DNA from: Candidatus Krumholzibacteriia bacterium
Lineage (GTDB): Bacteria > Krumholzibacteriota > Krumholzibacteriia > JAJRXK01
Reading direction: 5' to 3'
Assembly (NCBI GenBank): GCA_041484665.1
Contig: JBGPIA010000015.1
Span: forward strand, 57,642 to 121,641
DNA: 64,000 bases
Numbering within the stretch: position 1 is the stretch's first letter; each line of letters begins with the position of its first letter. The translations under genes were made by a program, and so were the position numbers. Below are positions 59,220-64,000 of the stretch, piece by piece. Below the pieces are notes generated by a model. That model saw nothing but the letters and a program-made list of their open reading frames with translations, made no database searches and was not told where the DNA came from.

Positions 59220-59929
59220 GCGAGCTGCCTTCCGGTTGGGCCCCCGCCAGCCCGGGCCGCGCGCGGCGGCGCTGCCCCACGCAGGTCCTTCTCGCGCGAC
59301 GCTGTGCGGATGCGGTGGACGAGGTCGTCCTGCGCCTTGCGGTCGTCGCGCAGGTTGACCGAATCGGTGTCGATCACGTGCACCGCAGCGATCAGGTGCA
59401 TGCGCTGCGCCCACAACTCGTAGGCCTCGTGCAGCTCGCGGATGTAGGTCGCCTCGATCCCCTTCTCGCAGTCGCGCCCGCGGTCCTGGATCCGCTGCAG
59501 GATCGCGTCGGGCTGCGCGCGTAGGTAGAGGATCAGGTCGGGTGGCTGCAGGTACGTGACCATCTCGGCGAAGAGCTCCTGGTAATTGCGGTAGTCGCGC
59601 TCGTCCATGGAGCCGCGCCGGTACAGGATGCGCGCGAAGATCTCGGTGTCCTCGTAGATCGTGCGGTCCTGCACGGCGCTGCGCCCGGTCGCGTGGATCT
59701 CGCGCTGCAGGGCGAAGCGCTTGGACAGGAAGAACACCTGCAGGTGGAAGCTCCAGCGCTTCATGTCAGCGTAGAAGTCGTCCAGGTAGGGGTTGTCGTC
59801 GACCGGCTCGTAGTAGGTGTCCCAACCCAGACGCTCGCCCAGCAGGTCGGTCACCATGGTCTTGCCGACGCCGATGTTGCCCGCGATCGCGACGTAGAAG
59901 GGAACGAGCTCGCCAGTGGGTGTGGGCAT
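59216..59929 (-). CDS. Deoxynucleoside kinase (Dgk/Dck family)
   Basis: GNIGVGKT, EPVDDNPYL, DRTIYED, PDLILYL and RGRDCE. AAGGAG RBS. Confidence 0.94.
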   Translation of the reverse strand: MPTPTGELVPFYVAIAGNIGVGKTMVTDLLGERLGWDTYYEPVDDNPYLDDFYADMKRWSFHLQVFFLSKRFALQREIHATGRSAVQDRTIYEDTEIFARILYRRGSMDERDYRNYQELFAEMVTYLQPPDLILYLRAQPDAILQRIQDRGRDCEKGIEATYIRELHEAYELWAQRMHLIAAVHVIDTDSVNLRDDRKAQDDLVHRIRTASREKDLRGAAPPRAARAGGGPTGRQLA

Positions 59930-59940
59930 GGAGTGCTCCT

Positions 59941-60786
59941 TCAACGGTTGCGGGCGAGCGCTGCAGCGGGGGCGGGCGGGGTGCCACTCGCGGGTGCGGG
60001 CGCGGTGCCGGGCGCGGCAGCGGCCGCGGACGCCGTCCCTCGGGCGGGCGGCGCGCCTTGCCCATCGAGGGCGTTGATTTTGTCGACGCGTTTCGCATGG
60101 CGGCCGCCGGCGTGCTCGGTGGCCAGCCAGATGCGCGTCACCCTGCGCGCGTGGCCGGCATGGATCTGCCCGGCGCCCAGCACGAGCACGTTGGCGTCGT
60201 TGTGCTCGCGACTGTTGCGCGCGGTGGCCTCGCTGTGGACCGTGGCCGCGCGGATTCCCGCCAGCTTGTTCAGCGCCATCGCGCTGCCGATCCCCGCGCC
60301 GTCGATCATGATGCCAAGCCGGCAACGGCCCTCTTGAAGGGCTCGGCCGACCTTGATGGCGAAATCGGGATAGTCGCAGGCGGCGGTGGAGTGGGTGCCC
60401 ACGTCGTAGACCTCGTAGTGCAGCTCCTGCAGAAGCTCCTTGAGGCTCTCCTTGAGCAGGTACCCGCCGTGGTCGGAGCCGAGCGCGATGCGGCGGTCGG
60501 CGCCAGGGCGTGGGGGAGCGAGCGCGGGGGCGGGTGCTGGGGTGAAGTGGGCCTGCGGGGCGGGTTGGGCGGCGGCGGGCTGCGCAGCGGAGTGGGTCTG
60601 CGGGGCGGGTTGGGCAGCGGCCGGCTGCGCGGTGGCGTGGGCGGGCGGGACGTCGGGCAGGGCGACAGCGGGCACAGCGCTGGAAGCAGCCGTGGGATCG
60701 GGTGGGGTCGCCCCAGCCGCCTGCAGATCTCCCAACACCTGCTGGACGAGCTCCCGGACGCGCGATCGGTCGATGGGTGTGGCCAA
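59941..60786 (-). CDS. rpiB: Ribose-5-phosphate isomerase B with N-terminal amphipathic helix and Pro/Ala linker
   Basis: IALGSDHGG, DYPD, IDGAGIGS.MALNK, SREHNDANVL and GGRHAKRV. TTG start with GGAG RBS. Confidence 0.9.
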   Translation of the reverse strand: MATPIDRSRVRELVQQVLGDLQAAGATPPDPTAASSAVPAVALPDVPPAHATAQPAAAQPAPQTHSAAQPAAAQPAPQAHFTPAPAPALAPPRPGADRRIALGSDHGGYLLKESLKELLQELHYEVYDVGTHSTAACDYPDFAIKVGRALQEGRCRLGIMIDGAGIGSAMALNKLAGIRAATVHSEATARNSREHNDANVLVLGAGQIHAGHARRVTRIWLATEHAGGRHAKRVDKINALDGQGAPPARGTASAAAAAPGTAPAPASGTPPAPAAALARNR

Positions 60787-61060
60787 CGTCGGACTCCAGC
60801 CATGCGGCGAGAGGCGGGGCGCCGCGCGGATCGGAGCCTGGATTCTATTCGTTCGAGCGGGGGCGGTCCACCCGCGTCGGCCCGCTTCGGCCCGGCGGGG
60901 CGCGATTGTGGGGGCGAGCTTGGCGGGCGGGTGCTGCGGCGTGCGCGCGCCGGGTGCGCAAAGCTCTGGCGCGAACCAGCCGCTTGTGGGCTTGTCAGAG
61001 GCCGTCCGGGAGCGGCGGCCTCCGATTTTGTGATATTCAAAACTACTCTTAGAAGTAGTA

Positions 61061-61089
61061 TTGCAATCCCTCCGCCCGGCGCGTACACT
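61061..61089 (+). promoter_or_regulatory. Sigma70 promoter of the second large secreted-protein gene
   Basis: TTGCAA-17 nt-TACACT, followed by AAGGAG RBS and the ATG at 61140. Confidence 0.7.
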
Positions 61090-61139
61090 ATGCGCAGGCG
61101 TTCCCGCGACCTTCCTCCGCGAATCGTAAGGAGATCACC

Positions 61140-64000
61140 ATGCTCTCCTTCACGGCCGCGCGCGGGACCCGGGCTTGCCTGCCGCCGACTCACGACAGAT
61201 CTCGCCCGCCGGTTCCCGGCCGTGCTCCGGCATCCACTGCCTGCGGCGGTGGGCCGGGTGCACGCGGCTCTGTGCGTGCCCTTTTCCCCTCCGTTGTCGG
61301 CTTGCGCGTCCGCATCGGCGTCTGTGTCCACGATGCCGTCCACGGCCACGTCGTGTGTGCAAGGGTGCCGAGATGGATGCTAGCGATGGCGCTGCTGGCG
61401 TGGCTCGCACCCACGATGGCCTACGGCCGCGGAGGCGGCTCTGCGCCGGCCGCGTCTGTGGGGCGCGACTACCAGATTGCCGACGCGCAGTATCCCGGCG
61501 TCCTCTACGGCGGCCCGGCGCCCGGAATGGCGAAAGCCTCGGGCGATACCTTCTACCTCTACGGTGGGCCCGGGCGCTGGCCGGGACAGCCTGACTTCAA
61601 GCCTGAGGGGAAATTCGAAACGGCGCTTGGGTATCCTGACCGCCAAGGATGGACGGGTGTCGACCTGACCGGATTGCCCCCGCACTGGCACGTCGACTCG
61701 TTCAACGCGGCGAACATGACCGCAGCGCCCGCCTACTGGTCGGGTCCCTACGCGGTGCCTGGTACCAACCACGCGATCTGGTCCGGTCTTCCAGCGGGGC
61801 CAGCGGGCTTCCCAACCACCGGCTACGGGAATTTTTGGGACGAGCAGCTGGACCGTACTTTCACGGTGAGCAACATCGCCGACAGCACAGTGATCACCTG
61901 GGATTTCCAGTTCAACCACGACAGCGAGCGTAATTACGACTTCTTCAACGTGCAGTGCGACCTGGCAGGGTCGATGGTCGACCTCGCGCGATATACCGGC
62001 ACGAACAACGTTGGCGGCGTGTTCGTTGCGCCCGTGATTTTCCACGGCGTCACAACCTACCACGCTGGCGATTACGTTGGAGTTGGTCACGACCAGGTCC
62101 ACCTGCGTTGTCGGTTTGTTTCCGACGGCGCGGCATCCGACCAGGACGGCCTCAACGCTACCAGTGATGGTGCGGTCCAGCTCGACAACATCCAGGTGCA
62201 GGGTACGAACGGCGTTGGACTGAGCCAGGCGACCTTCGAAAATGGTGATGCTGGTGGGTGGGTAGCGGTGCCGGGTGAGTTCGCGGGGGACTTCTCGAAA
62301 GTATTCGGACATTTGGGCGACATCGACCCGTGCAGGCACGACTTCTCGCCACAGATGACCTTCATCGATGACGGCACGCCTCCCAACAACGATCCCCTGG
62401 GACGCAGTACGGGAGGGAGTCATTCGCCGTACAACTCGTACGGAGTACCCGGTGGATGGGTCGTCAATTACACCGGCGGGCTCACCACTGGGACAAAGCC
62501 GCTGAACAACGAGGTCTGGTCACCTGCGATCGCGTGGGACTTGCCCGGCCCTCAGGACGACGCGGCCGAAGGAGGCGCGTTCTTCCGGTTCACCACATGG
62601 GTTCACCAGCCTGCGCTCAACGGTTTGTTCTGGGTCTGGCACGTGCGAAGCCGACCCGAACCGGTCAGCGGTGGCTGGTCAGGATGGAAGGACCGCAACT
62701 TCGCCTACCTCGAGAGTGGTCCCGGACATTACGAAAACGACCAGGTAGACGTCCGCGGCCTCCTCGTGACCTCACCAGACAGCGTCCAGCTCGCGCTGGG
62801 CGTGCAGGACCTCGCAGATCTCTTCAATTTCCCTGGCAACGACGCCACGCCATCGCCCTACTTCGACAACGTCGCGTTCGCCAAGTACGACGCCGTGGGC
62901 CCCGGCCTGGTGACGCGCGAGATCGACCTGTTCAACGATGGCTTCCCGACATCGGGCGCGATCTCGTGTGCCGGCGCCGACGATACACCGCTCGCCATCC
63001 GCCTGGACATGGCCCGTGACATTCGCGCGAGCTCGCAGCCGCGCAATGTGCCGGGTGACTCCATCACTTGCGACTTCGTGGCCCGCAAGCCTGGCTCGTC
63101 ACTGGACGCGAACTCACTCCGCATGGAGTTCCTGCTCGAGGCCAACCCCTGTTTCGACCCGGAGCTGGCGGGCGGGATCGCAGCCCTGCAGGCTGGTGCC
63201 GGTGCCGGGGCATCGGACATCCAGAACATCTACGGAAGCGTCTGGCGCGGTTACGTGAAGGGCAAGCAGTCCAGGACGGCTTCCGGCGCGCTCTTTGCCA
63301 ACCGCTACTTCTTCGACCTGCCGGACGGGCCTTTGACGCTGGCCGCCTACGAGCACGCAGAGCCGGGGCTGTTCTTTCCCGGCGATCAGATGCGCTACTA
63401 CCTGATCGGCAGCACGATCAATCCGGCGGAGACCTCCGTGCTGCCTGCGGATACGAGCGGGTTCAGCAGCGGCAGCGGATACAACCGCATCTTCACCGTC
63501 TACGGTCTGCCGTCGCTGACCTGCGGCGCAACGGATACCGATCCGTGCAGGCAGCCCAACATCCTGTTCTGGAACGACCAGCCAGATCGCGCTGGCAGCG
63601 ACGAGTGGATCCAGGTTTTTGGCCAGAATGGGTTGCGGTTGCACCAGGAGTACGACACCTACCGAACCAACGGGCCGACCTCGCTCGTGTCCGACGGCCT
63701 GGGCTCGGCGGGCGCCCACGGCGCCACCTCCGGCCAGCTGGCGGGCTACAGGTGCTTGTTCTACGACAGCGCCAACGTCGCTAGCGGGCTGATCAGCGAT
63801 GGCAGCAGCACGGGCTCCAATGACAAGGGCAACGACGTCGCTACGCTGACGGGCTGGTTGGCGCAGGCGGGCACCCGGTACGCCGCGTACTGGGGGGACA
63901 ATATCGCCAACGGCCTGGGCGGCGGCGGCGTCACCTACCGCAGCAATGTGATGGGTGTGCAGCTGGTCGGCGATAACGTTCGCGCGTCCATCGGGAACCA
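61140..64000 (+). CDS. Paralog of the <1-3046 large secreted protein (3'-truncated; not in the ORF track)
   Basis: Manual translation shows no stop from 61140 to the window end. Signal-like MLAMALLAWLAPTMAYG starts at 61377. Shared segments include DRQGW.GVDLTGL, VTREIDLFNDGFPT and LAIRLDMARDIRASSQPRNVPGDS. Confidence 0.88.
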   Translation, partial: MLSFTAARGTRACLPPTHDRSRPPVPGRAPASTACGGGPGARGSVRALFPSVVGLRVRIGVCVHDAVHGHVVCARVPRWMLAMALLAWLAPTMAYGRGGGSAPAASVGRDYQIADAQYPGVLYGGPAPGMAKASGDTFYLYGGPGRWPGQPDFKPEGKFETALGYPDRQGWTGVDLTGLPPHWHVDSFNAANMTAAPAYWSGPYAVPGTNHAIWSGLPAGPAGFPTTGYGNFWDEQLDRTFTVSNIADSTVITWDFQFNHDSERNYDFFNVQCDLAGSMVDLARYTGTNNVGGVFVAPVIFHGVTTYHAGDYVGVGHDQVHLRCRFVSDGAASDQDGLNATSDGAVQLDNIQVQGTNGVGLSQATFENGDAGGWVAVPGEFAGDFSKVFGHLGDIDPCRHDFSPQMTFIDDGTPPNNDPLGRSTGGSHSPYNSYGVPGGWVVNYTGGLTTGTKPLNNEVWSPAIAWDLPGPQDDAAEGGAFFRFTTWVHQPALNGLFWVWHVRSRPEPVSGGWSGWKDRNFAYLESGPGHYENDQVDVRGLLVTSPDSVQLALGVQDLADLFNFPGNDATPSPYFDNVAFAKYDAVGPGLVTREIDLFNDGFPTSGAISCAGADDTPLAIRLDMARDIRASSQPRNVPGDSITCDFVARKPGSSLDANSLRMEFLLEANPCFDPELAGGIAALQAGAGAGASDIQNIYGSVWRGYVKGKQSRTASGALFANRYFFDLPDGPLTLAAYEHAEPGLFFPGDQMRYYLIGSTINPAETSVLPADTSGFSSGSGYNRIFTVYGLPSLTCGATDTDPCRQPNILFWNDQPDRAGSDEWIQVFGQNGLRLHQEYDTYRTNGPTSLVSDGLGSAGAHGATSGQLAGYRCLFYDSANVASGLISDGSSTGSNDKGNDVATLTGWLAQAGTRYAAYWGDNIANGLGGGGVTYRSNVMGVQLVGDNVRASIGN

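Noticed and set aside
61026..61042. Rex operator
   Set aside because: Spacing is too short for TTGTGAA-N4-TTCACAA; retained only as an unassigned inverted repeat.
61140..64000. Terminal similarity between the window ends as an assembly overlap, circular element or DGR template/variable pair
   Set aside because: The copies differ by many substitutions and indels throughout, the differences are not confined to adenines, and no reverse transcriptase, integrase or phage genes are present.

Overview
GC-rich bacterial chromosomal segment. Its gene content (large FlgD-tailed secreted proteins, a protein with an SxGxIKxxYR-type tail, a GT39-TPR protein) suggests an FCB-group candidate lineage such as Eisenbacteria, Krumholzibacteria or Latescibacteria; this is inference. 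The window is bracketed by two co-oriented, diverged paralogs of a ~1000-aa secreted protein (<1-3046 and 61140->64000, the second absent from the ORF track). Between them lie phhA, folB/folX, a TudS-like gene, a frameshifted TolB-amidohydrolase, an MFS gene, hflX, an ECF sigma/anti-sigma fusion, pdxH, a sigma54 two-component system with a MacAB-like ABC exporter, a Ser/Thr kinase and an SGNH hydrolase split by a G15 tract. A strong cluster of nucleoside/nucleobase genes follows: a reductive pyrimidine operon lacking dihydropyrimidinase, udk-hpt, and rpiB-dNK-add-punA. The best leads are (1) an RpiB carrying a microcompartment-type encapsulation peptide at the head of a nucleoside-catabolism operon whose adenosine deaminase lacks its conserved metal-ligand Asp, (2) the sigma/anti-sigma fusion, (3) the paralog pair and (4) the poly-G switch. 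No rRNA, tRNA, CRISPR array or intact transposase was recognised. All calls come from reading motifs by eye; no database searches were run.
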